Positions 44,326-60,358 of a DNA stretch of 64,000 nt are shown here, in pieces; position 1 is the first letter of the stretch, and each line of letters starts with the position of its first letter. Under the pieces are notes generated by a model, which saw nothing but the letters and a program-made list of their open reading frames with translations, searched no databases and had not been told where the DNA came from. The position numbers were made by a program, and so were the translations under genes. The stretch lies in assembly GCF_009914755.1 (NCBI RefSeq), contig NC_060933.1. One strand, given 5' to 3'. The DNA is from the human T2T-CHM13v2.0 reference genome, Homo sapiens.

Positions 44326-46095
44326 TTTACCGGACAAGTTCCAAGATCATTAGCTTTGCCTTAATGCCCTCCACAATTTCTCTGTCTCCGGCACACCTAT
44401 GAACATTCCCTGTAAATTTCAATAAGGAACCCGCTCCTGGTAGCATCCTGTGCATATATCTACCTCCTGCCCTGAATTCCCTTTATTATAATTATCTTTA
44501 CCACTAGTCTGACAGCAGTGACTTGGGTCTATCTTCCTTGTAACTCAAATGCCTGCAACATAGTGAGCACTAAATAAGAGTGGATGAAGACAGCAGAAAA
44601 AGATGGACCTGGAAGAGGAGGTGAGACCTGAAAGGCAAAGCTGTGAAGTAAGAAAGGGAGAAGGGGAGAATGCTTGTAAAGCTGGAAAATCAGAAAGCAC
44701 TTTTTGGGCTAGCAAAATGTTGGTGATCATAATTTGTCAAAGCTTTCTTCAGGCTAGAAAAAGCAATCTAGTGGCCTGAGTAAATACACCAAAGGGATTT
44801 AAGCCAATTATTCCCTGCCCAGTAGGGGTGTCAGATTCATTTGTTAAACTACAAGCTCTCTAGAGAAACTAGATCTCAGAACGCAAGTAACTGTTTTATT
44901 ATAATTATCATAATACCCCTCGTTTCCCTCTCACTCCAAATCACAACAATTGAAATGAAAAAGAAGTATGTGTTGTTCAGTTGCTAAATAGTCTTTTTAT
45001 AACCTTTTCTGATGTAGTTTGGATTATTTCAGAAATAGTAGTTCTCCACAGTGGTTTCTGCTGCTTACATCAAATGAGTCATGCTGTGGGGCTCTCACTC
45101 TTTCCCCTGAGAGTTTACACCACAGTTGAATAGACTTAACTATTAGTCATTTTCCTTCATATTAAGCCAAGAGTTTTGTTTAATCTAATTAGTCCGCCTT
45201 CTCTATACAATTCTAAACAACCTCAGTCCTTACAAGAATATAGGTATGCCCTTCCTACATCTGCAGAAACGTGTGCCTCCTATTTACTGCCAGGACAAGC
45301 TGACCATAGTTCGTTCTTAAATTTTCCCACGTGAGCCAGGGATTCCAATTCTGAACCTTCTCATTCCCACCTCCCACAAAAGCGTTTCAGTTTGCTGGCA
45401 CGATGGAGCGTAGTGTTATTTCCGAGCGTTTGCTGCTGGATCAATGGTGTTTTCTCATTAGTTTTATTTTGCTTTTGATTTATAAGCACCAAAATGGTAC
45501 AGAGTATATCTACACCAGAAGCATCTATAATGTGATCAAATTCACCATGACTTTTGTGCTTTTATTTGCCTTTATGAAACCAATCTCAGGTTTCGAGACC
45601 CATGATTACAAACTGTTTCTTCACAGACCCCTTACAACTTTCCAAGCAAATGTAATACTTTCCAGCACTTTTTTCCTCTTTTTTAAGATGTTCATAGCTC
45701 CAAATGTCAGGCACACCGTGCAATGAAAACTATCCCTCAGCTGATAAATTATTCATTTTTCAGGAGTTTGCAATTTGAAATGGCACTAACAGCTGAATAC
45801 CTGAAGCACCCTCAAAAGACATGAAGAGCAATAACATGCAAAGCTTTTTCTGCATACATTTTAAAGGTTAAGTGCCATTAGACATCTATGTTTATCAAGA
45901 GATGTGCTCCTTGAACTTATTTCTTCTAATTAATCTGCTCCCAATAAACATTACTAACAAAGCAAAGTGATAAAGGAGGCTAATCAAACTAATCTCTTCC
46001 CTTTAACTAACTTCATCAGGTTAAACAAGGTCCTTTGCTGATATTCTCCACTTTCTCCTGTCTGATGAGGAGTTGCAGGTGAGTAAGGTCAAAAG

Positions 46096-46308
46096 CAGGG
46101 GTGATCAAACTAGGACTCTTGAACAATCTGGCCCACTGCACGTATTTTTAAATAAAGTTTTATTGGAATACTGTTTTACCCATTTATTTTGTATTGGCTG
46201 TGGCTACTTTCTTGTTACAGTGGCAGAGTTGAATAGCTGTGATAGAGACCCACAAAGCCAACAATATTTACCATATAGCTCTTTACAGAAAACATTTGCT
46301 GACCTCTG
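46096..46308 (+). mobile_element. MER58A hAT DNA transposon
   Basis: TIRs caggggtgatcaaact / tttgctgacctctg; aaataaagttttattggaa core; perfect 8-bp TSD gtcaaaag. Confidence 0.92.
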
Positions 46309-46547
46309 GTCAAAAGGCATGCAAAATGTATAAGGCTTTTAAAATGTTAGCGCCAAGTAGGGCTTTAGCTAATGTATATCAATGTGTTCATTTACTCTAA
46401 AAAAAAGAAAAAGAAAAAAAAAAAACCTTGCATTTAAAAGTGTGTTATCTAGAATACCATCTGTGTTACAGTTCCAGAGGAAACTGCAGGTCTAAGATTG
46501 TTCCTCAAGCTGGTAGATGCTTCATTTTGATAACAGTAATCACCATG

Positions 46548-47056
46548 TGTTTCAGCTATTTATTGCTGTGTTAAAAACCCCTTCAAAAATGGCTTAAGGC
46601 AAAGATTTCTTTGCACATGATTCTTCCCTCCAGGCCTCAGCTAGAAGATTTTAAACTCCACCTCCCATGTGGTCACTCATATGGCTTATAGTCATGAAGA
46701 AGAGGCTGGACTCTGGCTGGAATGCCAAGATGGCTTGGCTCTTATATCTAGCTCCTCACCTGGGACAGCTGCAACAGGTGTGGGCTGGCTGAGTATTTCT
46801 CCCTCTCTGTGGGGTCCCTTCAGCAGGGCAGTTGAGCATCTTGCTATGATGACTCAATATGTCAGAGAGTGAAAGTAGAAGCTTCCAGGCTGCTGAAGGG
46901 CCAGGCCCAGAGCTGGTGTACTACCACTTCTGCACCCTCCTATTACTGATCAAAGCCAGTCAGGGGACTAACCCACATTCAAGGAGTGGGGAAACGGACT
47001 GCACCTTGATGAGAGGAACTGTAAAATATTTTGGCCATGATTTCCAATTTACCACA
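46548..47056 (-). mobile_element. MLT1 (H-like) solo LTR
   Basis: tgt..ctatttattgctgtgttaa..ccacttctgc..attcaaggagtggggaaa..ccaca; 5-bp TSD ccatg. Confidence 0.8.
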
Positions 47057-47693
47057 CCATGATGATGAGTAAAAAGTGACAACATGATCACAATGACAAA
47101 ATCTTGAAAGCAGACCTTACTGCTGACAATTTGTAATCAAATTGACAAATAAGAACAAGAAAGCCTAATAAAAGAATGGAAATCATTTTATAGTGAAACA
47201 CTAGTCACACAGAAATCAAAAATTTCCAAATTGATGTGTTTTTTTTTAATTGAAATTAGAAGCCATTCTAAAAGCCACTCAGTGCTTCTCAATTCTTACA
47301 CAGTGTGTAAGCTGTGACTGTGACATAACTTTCCTCCATGACTCTAGGGCCTGAAGATGACTATCAATGAGGGGCATAGTAACTACAATGAACCTGGATA
47401 ACTCTGGACCTGATGCCCACTGGCATCTCTTGGGCCCTCTGGCTGCTGTGCATTTTGAGCTCTCTTGCCTGCTCTTTTCAGCTGTTCTGCCTCTTCTCTG
47501 GACAGGGAATCATGAGTGTGTGTTTTAGGTCCTTCCCCATCACCTATTCACCTTTTTGCTCTAGGCAGGTCATCTACTCTGACCCTTGGATTTTTTTTTT
47601 TTTTTTTAATCTGAGAAGTGAGGAGGATAAAAATTATGTTGCCTACACTTAGAATATTCAGGAACAAATGAGATTAAGAAGATAAAGTGTTTA

Positions 47694-47996
<303 letters not shown>

Positions 47997-48136
47997 GAAA
48001 GATAAAGTGTTTAAATCATTATTCAAGTATTCAAGTGAAAGGTATCACAATCACTGTGGTAATTAATTAAGATAAAATTAATTTTATTGATAAAAATAAA
48101 ATATTAACAAAATTAATATACCATAAAATAGTTTAT

Positions 48137-48320
48137 AATAATGGCTAATGTTTATTTAGCATTTACTATGTGCAAGGCATAGTACTAAACACCTTACATT
48201 GCTTAACCTGCTTTTGTCTTTACAGCAATCCTATAATTATCATCTAATACTCCAGACAACAAAAACTGAGACATAAAGTGATAAGGCAATCTGCTTCTGG
48301 TTTTACAGATATTACACAGA
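48137..48320 (-). mobile_element. MIR
   Basis: ataatggctaatgtttatttagcatttactatgtgcaaggca..aaactgagacata. Confidence 0.7.
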
Positions 48321-48492
48321 ACTACGATTTCTCTTTCCCAATTCGCACAGCTGATTTCAAGAGCTTGTGAAAGGTCTATCATATTTCTAACAAAATTTCT
48401 CCCTTCCAAACCCCATATTAATTAGAAGGGCATTATCTATCTCTCCTAACCTCTGCTCCAACCTTCTGTTCCAAAGCTTTCACAAGCAACAT

Positions 48493-48650
48493 CGGTGGTT
48501 CTCAATTGGGTGATTTTGCCCCCCTCAGGGGACAGTTCTCAATGTTGAGAGACCACTGGGTTGTCACAACTGGACTGTAAGCTGCTTCCTGAGTAGAATT
48601 CCTTGATAAGAAAAATCATCTCAATAGGTCAAAAATGTTAAATAGCTGAT
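48493..48650 (+). mobile_element. MER20 fragment
   Basis: gtggttctcaattgggtgattttgcccc..ggggaca..ggttgtcacaactgg. Confidence 0.7.
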
Positions 48651-48669
48651 TTCTCCATACATTAAGTAT

Positions 48670-48674
<5 letters not shown>

Positions 48675-48710
<36 letters not shown>
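48675..48710 (+). repeat. (TG)18 perfect microsatellite
   Basis: Counted directly. Confidence 0.95.
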
Positions 48711-48713
<3 letters not shown>

Positions 48714-49649
48714 AGAGAGAAAGAACAGAATGAAAACTGAACCTCACAGGACTTCACATTCAGGATCTCATTTAAACTTCACAGGAGCCTGTGAGAGCTG
48801 TGAGCATTGCCAAAGGGTCAGAATTCTCCTACCTATTCTCAATTATCCTCCCAGGAGAATTGAGAAAATTGCTCCTGGTAGGCAAGGGAGCCATTATTTA
48901 AGGCAAATCTGGTTACTAACACCATGTACTATTTTAGAGAAAACATTTAAGTTATGGTTTAATAATCATTTTATGTATTACCTTACATTCCCATTGGTCT
49001 TAAAATAAATCCAAATATGTTAAATCATATAAACAATAAAGGGGTTTTTTTTTCTTAAATGGAAGAAGTTTACCAGGAAATATTTTATTAAAAAGCTTTA
49101 ATCTATATAGGGACTTCAACAAATCACTTAGGAATCCTATTGCTGTAATTTTGACAAAATGGAAGCATATAGGGAAAAGCCCTATTGAAGTTCCTTTCTT
49201 CCCTGCAATTCTATGTTGACCATCACCCTCCAATAACAGCCTTACTTTACAAATGTACCGTCCTTCACTATCTGCAGCTATGGATATTGATGAAGGAAAG
49301 TGTAGACTTAATTGCATGTTTCCAATGTAAAACTATCATCTGCTTTAAAAGAAAAATAAAACTGACCAGAGATAACGAGCTAAAAGCAGACATTTGTGCT
49401 TTTATTTACCAAAGTCTTTGGTGTTGCAAGTCTATATCGGCTGGTGCAAAGAAAATTTCAGTTAAGCTGTTTAGACAGTGAGTTTATAACTTGATCAGGA
49501 GGTTGTATCAAACCTTCAATGCACTATTTGTGGAAAAATATATACACATTTTGTCCTAGTAGAGAACAGTAGTACCTAATTCAAGTTTAATAAATAGATG
49601 TCCCAATAATATATGTGTTTCCCTACATACTCTCCTATACCTAGCCCAG

Positions 49650-50120
49650 CAATCCGAACCCTTTATACGACCTCCAGGGCCCCATGATGTGTCTCCTGGA
49701 CCTTATTTTGTCCTTTGAACACACTAGGCTCCCTCCTTGCACTAAGGTCTTTACACTCATTCCCCCATCTGCCTGGATGCTCTGAACTCCATTTTTTCAT
49801 AGCTGGACCCTTCCCATTCTTCGGCTCAAGTGTTGTATCTCACTCAGTAACACCTTCCTTGACATATGACAAACCAAACCAAGACCTATCCTCTCCCTTC
49901 ATATCCTCTCTTACTCTCATATTACATCATGCTGTTTTACGATCTTTGCAGCATTTATCACTCTCCAAAGTCACGCCGTTCAGTGACTTGTTGCCCATAG
50001 CCATGTCTTGCTGCACTGCTCCTTTCTCCACAACATCCCAACTAGAATATAAAGTCTGTGGTAACAGGAATCTGGATCTGGCTTATTGGAGGCACACTGT
50101 AGTCATGCGCTGAATGAAAA
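49650..50120 (+). mobile_element. L2 3' region
   Basis: ggtctttacactcattcccccatctgcctggatgctct, ccaactagaatataaag, tgaatgaa. Confidence 0.6.
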
Positions 50121-51211
50121 GTATTATTACTTTTAAATGAAATGTTACTGAAATTTGTTTTAAAAGATAAGTATAGATATTAGAGGAGTTTCTATCAACC
50201 TAAAATCACTGTAGATTAAAGGTTTAAATGACTTTTAGTGACAAACAATGGCATTTTATTTTTCTCTCACTCCTTTATAAGCATCTTAAAAAGGTTTAAG
50301 TATATGTTTCTCTATATATTTATCTTTACACACAAAAAAACTAAGAAAACATACTTGGTTTAGTAGATTTGTTATACTTTCCGTATTTTTAGCTTAAAAG
50401 GAATAGATTGTGTGCTATTTTTTAAACTGACGATTTAAGTACTTAGTGTATCTTAAAGCCACATTTAATAACTGTAGTTACTGTAAATAACTGCCACAGT
50501 ACTATGTTGATTTTTGAAAACCTATTGCAAATTGTACAGTGAATTTAAAACTTTTATGAGAGAACAAAGCTAAATTGTAATGTCTTTTGTAGTAAGGCAC
50601 TGAACTTCATTGTTTTAAACTGATTCTGGATTCCACATTTTTAACAGATATTAACAAAAAGATAAGTTTAGATAAAACTATCTGAACTTCATGATTAAAA
50701 AGTGAAATTACAAGACTGAGTAAAGATAAATTTGGGGGGAATTTTTTAAATGCCATGTTAAAAACAAAGGATTACTTATAAGGTACTGAATACACTTTAG
50801 GTCCCTTCTTAACATGGTTTTCTCCTTCACTCTAAATTTTAACAATCTGTTGGTGGTTCAGTTTTAGAATAATGCTTCTTCACAAAGGTCAATTTTAAAA
50901 AATGTTTAAGTGTCAAGCAGTCTAGCCTCCTTAAACCTCTATCACCCTGGTCCCTTGTACCACATCTACTCCGTAACTTCCAACTAGCCTCTTAACAGAT
51001 CTCAAGGCCACTCTGGCTGGCCTCCCTCCAAAGAATTTTTCCACCATGCTGCCTCATTGCTCTTTTAAAGTTGTAAATGTCTTCCTATAGCAGCTTAAAA
51101 ATAAGTCAGTGATTCCTGCAGTTCATAGAATAAAAACCAAGATTTTGAACAAGGTTTATGGAGCCTTGTCTTACCCAGTCTCCACCACTTAGCCAGGCTC
51201 ATTTATTTTTA

Positions 51212-51720
<509 letters not shown>

Positions 51721-52164
51721 TCACTCCCTCAGGAAAGCTGTGGATTACTTTTCAGAACAGATGAGCCACTTGGCTGCTTATTTTCTTCCCTTTAATGCTT
51801 GTTACTGTCAGAAAATGTAAATTTTAAAAATTAATGTTAAATATTTGGCTATGCCACTAGAGTTTAAGCTTTTTAGGGGCAGGGATCATATTGCTTTTAA
51901 TCCACATTTTATCCTCAGTAGTTAACTCAATGCTTGGCACGGGAAATGTGTCCAATAAACATTTATTAATGGGACTGTGAAAGACATGAATGAGCCAATC
52001 AGTCAATGTCCCTTGAAATCATAAATGTATATAAATATACATATTTACATTTTAAAAAGATTCTGCTCAAATTGTGAAGTTAATGGGATAATATATGCCA
52101 ACAGAGATCTAAACAAAGATGCTTCTAATTTGGAAATGACACAAACTAATGAGAAAAAAAGGCA

Positions 52165-52410
52165 TAATAGCAACTAACAACATTTAGTGAATATTTAATC
52201 CTATTATTCAAAATGCTTTACAAACAGTTATTTCCTTAGTCCTTGTGATAACTGTATCAAGTGTGTGCTATATTTATCTTCATTTTACAGATGAGAGACA
52301 CATAGAGATTTGTACCCTGTCTGTGGTCAGAGTAATTATACAGCAGAAGCAGGACTTGAACACAAGCACTCTGCTCCAGGGTCCACATTCTTTATGCATT
52401 ACTTACTGCC
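52165..52410 (-). mobile_element. MIR
   Basis: cattttacagatgagagaca..ggacttgaacacaag. Confidence 0.65.
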
Positions 52411-52551
52411 TAGAGACAAAGTCTGAGAAGATTGCTTGAGAGCATCCTAAACACTAGCTATGAATTCTGAAGATAGATTACAGGCTGGTGTAGGCCCACA
52501 CTGTTTAAAATTTTTATATTCCCACCACTTCACACAGAGCTTTCCACATAG

Positions 52552-52570
52552 CAGACAGACAGACAGACAG

Positions 52571-52603
<33 letters not shown>

Positions 52604-52609
52604 CACACA
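52552..52609 (+). repeat. Compound (CAGA)n(CA)n microsatellite
   Basis: Read directly. Confidence 0.9.
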
Positions 52610-52831
52610 GTTTAGTGAAGAAATAAGTGAAGCTAAAGCAAACTGAAGAAAAAAGAATATACTAAATTTTAGGTTAAAGAATTGGTTCTAAAATGGCATC
52701 TCCATCCAATCACAGGACCTTTCTCTTTAATTCTTCACTTCATGATAGAGGCTGGCTTGGAGTTTCTGAATTAACAAGAAACACATCTACGTAGGCAGGA
52801 GGGGATGGGGCTCCCAACCAAGTCAAGGTTA

Positions 52832-53588
<757 letters not shown>

Positions 53589-54149
53589 TCACACAACAGT
53601 AGAATCAAATACCACCAGACTATTACAAATAATAAGAATTAGTTCACAAATACTGTTGATAATTGTTCCATCCTTAGAGTTTAGGGCCTATTCCCAAATA
53701 GAGATAACAAACAGGTCACACTTTGGAATTGTTTAAAAAAGCAAGTCCTACTATACTCAATAAAAAATGCTTTGAAATGTACACGTGTTGATTTTGTGAC
53801 AGAGTCTTAATCTTACTAGGTAGCTACAGCTCTGCTGGGAGCAATTAATTCAAAAAGCCACAGAAACTCCACAATGAGGCTAAAGGATCAGTAAAATAGC
53901 TGGAATACTTTCCTTGCTTCAGACAGCTGGATGCTGCTAATTTAGCTACTTTAAAGTGAGGGGAGGAAGGAAGAGGGAGTAATTTTGCCACACCTCTACT
54001 AATTTAGAGAAAAGAGAAACAATGAAGGCTGATAAACATGGCTACGTGTTTATCATGTAAACATACAGGTTACTTTCAGATTGCATATACTAAAGGGACT
54101 CTAACCAAAGAACTAGGGTAAGCAGAAATTGCTTTTTGTTTTGGTTTAG

Positions 54150-54335
54150 GTGTTTTTTGTTTGTTTGTTTGTTTGTTTGTTTGTTTTGAGACAGAGTCTC
54201 TCTCTGTCACACGGCTGCAGTGCAGTGATGTCATCCTAGGTCACTATGGCCTTAAACTGGGCTCAAGCAATCCTCCCTCTTCAACCTCCCAAGTAGCTAG
54301 GACTACAGATATGTGCCACCACAACTGGCTGTTTT
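54150..54335 (-). mobile_element. AluJ right arm with (TTTG)n tail
   Basis: gagacagagtctc..gggctcaagcaatcctccc..gtagctaggactaca. Confidence 0.85.
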
Positions 54336-54342
54336 TTTTCCT

Positions 54343-54797
<455 letters not shown>

Positions 54798-54864
54798 TTA
54801 TCTTTTAAAGGATACTTAAATGATAGAGATAACACTCATAATCTAAAACAAAAACAAAAAGACA

Positions 54865-55009
54865 TTTTTATTTTACTTTCTAAGAATTTTTGTGCAGATG
54901 AGGTCTTGCTATGTTGTCCAGGCTGATCTTGAACTCCTGTCCTCAAATGATCCTCCTGCCTCAGTCTCCCAATGTGCTGGAATTACAGGCGTGAGCCACC
55001 ACACATGGC
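54865..55009 (-). mobile_element. Alu left-arm monomer (FLAM-like)
   Basis: ggtcttgctatgttgtccaggctg..gatcctcctgcctcag..gtgagccacc. Confidence 0.85.
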
Positions 55010-55198
55010 AAAAACCAAAATCTTTTTAATAAGATATGTTTCTGGTGTAAACTGACTCTGCCTACTGAAATGTATGCATTTTAATAATATAAGAAAGTTA
55101 TCCTTTCCTTTCCTAACTTTTTTGGGAAGATCTCGCCAATTTCTGCAAGATGCAATCATTTGCCCTGCTTTCAACATCATCATTTTCCTATTCCTTTA

Positions 55199-55540
<342 letters not shown>

Positions 55541-56034
55541 TCAATGGCCACTCACTCTCTTTCTCACCAAGCTCACCCCCTACCTTCAGCTTTCTGAAGA
55601 GGCACTGTATTACTGTGTTTACCTACAGTAAATTTCTATAGTTCCTTCCTGTGAGCTGCTCAATAAAATGTATGTAAGAGGCAACCGTACAAACAGAGGA
55701 AACGCCTTCTACTATCCATTCTACCCAAGCCAAATTAATTTTAAATGTGTAATTCTAAGAAGCCTTTTTTTAACCACTTTAGACTAAAGTAGATATGCTT
55801 CATATTTCCCCTCTTGATCTTCAATTTAATGCCCGGAAGCAAGGGTTTATAAGAACTCCTACATATAGGACTTTGCAGAGAAGCAAGCTGGAGACTTTAA
55901 CTTGCTACAAGAAAACCTGGCTTATCCACCACCCAAATTTTGATAACCTCTAGGTCAAATTAAAAAAAAAAAATTAGCACAGTGCTTCACACGTGCTCAA
56001 TAAAACTGTTTGCTAAATCTTGTTGAATAATGAT

Positions 56035-56320
56035 ATAATAACAGCTAACATTCACGAAACACCTACCTTGTGTTATCTGCTAATCTGTGAGTTTTCTTTT
56101 AATTCAGCAAATCCTCGCAAAACCCAGGAGTATTATATCATGACCATCACCGTCATCCACATTTTAAAAATAGGAAAACTGAAGCAAAGAGCAAGATTGA
56201 TCAAAATGACAAAGATATGGGAAACTGAGGCTAAAAGCATGATTTACCAAATCACAGCCAGACTTCAAAACCAGACTATGGCTTCAGAGCTCACATTCTT
56301 AACCACTACTCTATGCTGCC
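56035..56320 (-). mobile_element. MIR
   Basis: ataataacagctaacatt..ggaaactgaggct..ttcttaaccactactctatgctgcc. Confidence 0.7.
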
Positions 56321-56488
56321 CATCAGGAAATACTTAAGATAGCAAATGATTATCTTACAACACAGATGTCAGTCTATGCTCTAATGTCAAAGAAATAAAG
56401 AAACTCCATGGTCTACAGTGATATAATACCAAAGGGGTTTGAGGAGGGACTCACTGCTTCCATAAAAGACAGAAATATTGTGAGTATA

Positions 56489-56813
<325 letters not shown>

Positions 56814-59800
56814 CTACAGCAAGGCTCTTTAACAATAAGGAAGGAGAATGAAGAAGTATTCACAATCTGAAGTGGAAAAATGACAAAAAGCAACAAGTAA
56901 ATGGATGAACTAAACCATCTGAGGAATTAAATTATGAAGAGTGTGTCTCTACAATTTAAAAAAAATGTTCTATTTCTGAGATCAGGTAAACATTCAGGTT
57001 TAATTATAATGACCACAGTGTAAACTCAGGTCTAGAATGTAACAGTATGCTACAAGTGATTTCGTTAGAGTGAAACTGGTCTGACAAAGAAGATGCTAAC
57101 AGTAGGTTCTTGGTCTGCATTTAGTTTTTCTTTTTTAAAGACTGGTAAATAGCAAACGAAATTTATGTATGAAATACAACTAACAGAAGCTATTATGAAA
57201 ACTCATCCAGAAGAAAAACATTCACCTGAGGATTACATTACTATAATCTATATGAATCTTTAATCTGCATGCATCTTACAGCCGAATGGTTCTCGGAGCA
57301 CTACCTAAACCACAAAACTGGTTGGCCAGCCCTGAAGAAGAGCTTACTCATGCTGCTCGAACAGAAGTCGCATATGCCCTTCCCTGAGATCACAGCTCTA
57401 CTGTCCAGACATGCATTCAAGAAACAACAAGCAAAATCATCTGGGCCATTCAAGACCACCGGAATGAACAGAAATCAGATACAAACACACGTCTAGCTTT
57501 TTCAAATAATAGTGGATATACAAGGCATTTTAAACTGGCAATGGCAAAGACTATAATTTTCTGCTGAGGGATATTATCACAATTTTCCAACCTAGGTTTG
57601 AACCAAGGCTTATAAGAGCCCTCCTCCTTAATGCAACATCACACCCAGTACTTTGCTATGACATTCTATACAGCAGATTATAACCCTGACTCTCAGGCTT
57701 TTTGGAGTTAATCATTTCAAAAGAGAGTGAGTTGGACACATTAAATTAACATGGCAAACTAGAGTGGTTTCTTTCCATTCCCATCCCCATATGGTCTTCT
57801 TTTTCAAAGGAGGACAAACATTTGAAAAAATTATTTCAGAGTTCTAAAATGACTCTGACAAGCTACTATTAATAACTCTTGATCCTTTGGATCAATACGA
57901 AACACAGTTAGGTAAAAGGGAAAACAAAGAAGGCTAGATGTGCTAATGAAGGCATAAGAAAACAAATCAGTGACCCAGGCAATAAAAGCCTGAAAAATAT
58001 TATCTTTATATATGATAGTGAATAAATCAAATTTTTCTGTAGTGTTACTTATAACTTTATTTTTATTTCAGTGTTTGAAGAAAAGGTAATGACAGTATTT
58101 GATAAGTTATAATCTGGATCCTATTTTACCAATTGTTTTTAAACATTTTTAGTGACTAAAATGATATCTCCGACTCTACCATGTGCTTTCACAAACCACA
58201 GGTATCTTCTGGTAGATTGCAAATGGATGTCCCTTCTTCTTTTAAAATGTACCTTAAAAGATATGGTTAAATTTTCCTCTTTCGTCAATAACTTTCAGAA
58301 TACACATGCTATTCAAGAGTGCCAAATGAATCTGTGAAAAGGAAAATATACTACATGGAGGCTGATTAGACAAGGACAAAGCTAATCAAAATTGATTTGG
58401 CCAAGTTGAAGCCTGCTTCCTCTTTTTAGCTATAATGGGAGGAGTGAGAGGGAGTAGATTCTTTTTCAAGGGACATCTTAAGGTTGAAAGCTGGTATCAC
58501 AAAACATACAGCATGATAAATATCTTAACTAAAAATTGCTAACAAGGGCCTTTGTGATTTCTTTTGTAAGACTACACAGCATAAGAAGTGTGATGAAGAA
58601 GAACGAGAGGAAGATGGAGGAGAAAACCAGTAAGATGACGGTTATCTGCAGAAAAGATTGTTTTTTCAAACACAATTTTAAAAGTCTTCCTTTCTAAACT
58701 CCACATCTGTCTGCCACTTTTCACCAGAGAATTAAGCAAAGGCATCACTCCTCAGTAGAAGAACATTTTTAGTTATCTGGAAATATAACTTCATGGACGT
58801 ACAATAATTATATCTAGTAACTTTAAGAAAAACTCTAGCTGTGATCTGACATTAAACTGGGCTCCCAGGGTCTAAATGGGCTTTTGCCAAAAATTAACAA
58901 TGGTGAAACAACTTACTTTTGCACTCTAGCCAAACAAAAATAATAAAACCATAGTCTCAATTTCTCTTTAATAAACTAAATTTAGATTACACCTTTAAAA
59001 TAAGCTTTGACATAAATGGCTTTAAAATAACAAGAACATCTAACATTTGGGTCTTTTCCCAGTTAATTATTTGCTGGCATTAGACTCGAAATTCCTTGGC
59101 TTCACCTTAAGTTGACACTCCCAAGTGCTAATTAGGAAACTATATACATTATTAACCAGAGAATGTTGTGCTTAAAACATGCATATTACATATGTATCTT
59201 CTTATTAATGTTATTCCTTTCACTTCTCAAAATACCTCTTTAGAAAATAGAGCTCCTATTTCCATGAAGCAATTGGTGGCTCGTGAGGGAATTCCTGTCA
59301 AAATGCAATTAATAGAAAGGGGCCAAGATGACACAGGATACTTGTCTTGGAAACATCCTTAACATGAGTCAAATTTAATCTCACTGAAATAGTGGAGAGA
59401 AATGTTAATGACTGCAGATGTCACACATTTTACTCATACTAGGTGATTCCCAAAGAAAATGGCTAACTCATGTATGAACTAAACCACTACCAAGGAACCA
59501 CACATGTCAGGGAGTACAAGGCCGAGACATGCCTTTCTCCAATACTATCTCTTCCAAAAAGCCACAGGACAGATGGGAAAATAAATGCAGGTAAACAAGG
59601 TAGACCTAATGATTTCCTAATTAGGAAGATGTGATCTTCTCATTAATTGTCAAGTTAATGGACCACAATAGCAGTTTCATAAATTGAGTCCAGTAATCCA
59701 AGCTTTGGTGTCTCTAGTCCACAGAATTCTCCTCATACTTCCAGACCCTTCATCCAGCCACAAAGTTGTCAGTTCTGCTTGATTTGTTTCAATACTGTAC

Positions 59801-60294
59801 TCGACGACAGCTGTCGGAAACAGTACATTAGAACAGCTGCTATGACAGCTACAAGGGGCTTGGAAGTTTAATTAGGCTCATTGTGACATTGTGCATTTTT
59901 CTAAACACGGAATGATCCACAAAAATAAAGAAATTTTGAGTGGGTCTGAACAATGTTTACTTATTGGCACCACCAACTGGTTAACCTCAGTTTGAGTTAT
60001 ATCCTTGGTCTCATAATATCTTTGCTACCAGGCTGATAAGAGGTATAAAAAAATAAATAAACAGGAGGAGCAGTTAGATGCACAAGAAAAGGGGCATTAA
60101 AACGGAGAGGAAATGGTGAGGAAGTCACGTCAATAATCTCTTTCAAAGGCTGGCTGGTAGCCAAGGAGGATCCCGCAGTGTCTCAGGATTTACTTCCAAA
60201 GGAAATGTATTCAGAGGCCCTGAGCCTGGTGCCAACTGCAAACAAAACCACTCATTATGGTCACAGCCCCCTAGAGAAGGGGAGAATGGCTTAC

Positions 60295-60358
60295 TCTCAG
60301 CATCCGTGCGGAGGAAGAAAGTGAGGAGCAGCAGCAGCAGCCTGGCTACGTGCACCAT
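60295..60358 (-). CDS. PTPRD: Receptor-type tyrosine-protein phosphatase delta, first coding segment (signal peptide MVHVARLLLLLLTFFLRTDAE + 1 nt, phase 1)
   Basis: ATG at 60358-60356 in strong Kozak context (aggATGg); peptide matches the PTPRD N-terminus as I know it; donor GA|gtaagc at 60294. The CDS continues outside the window. Confidence 0.97.
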
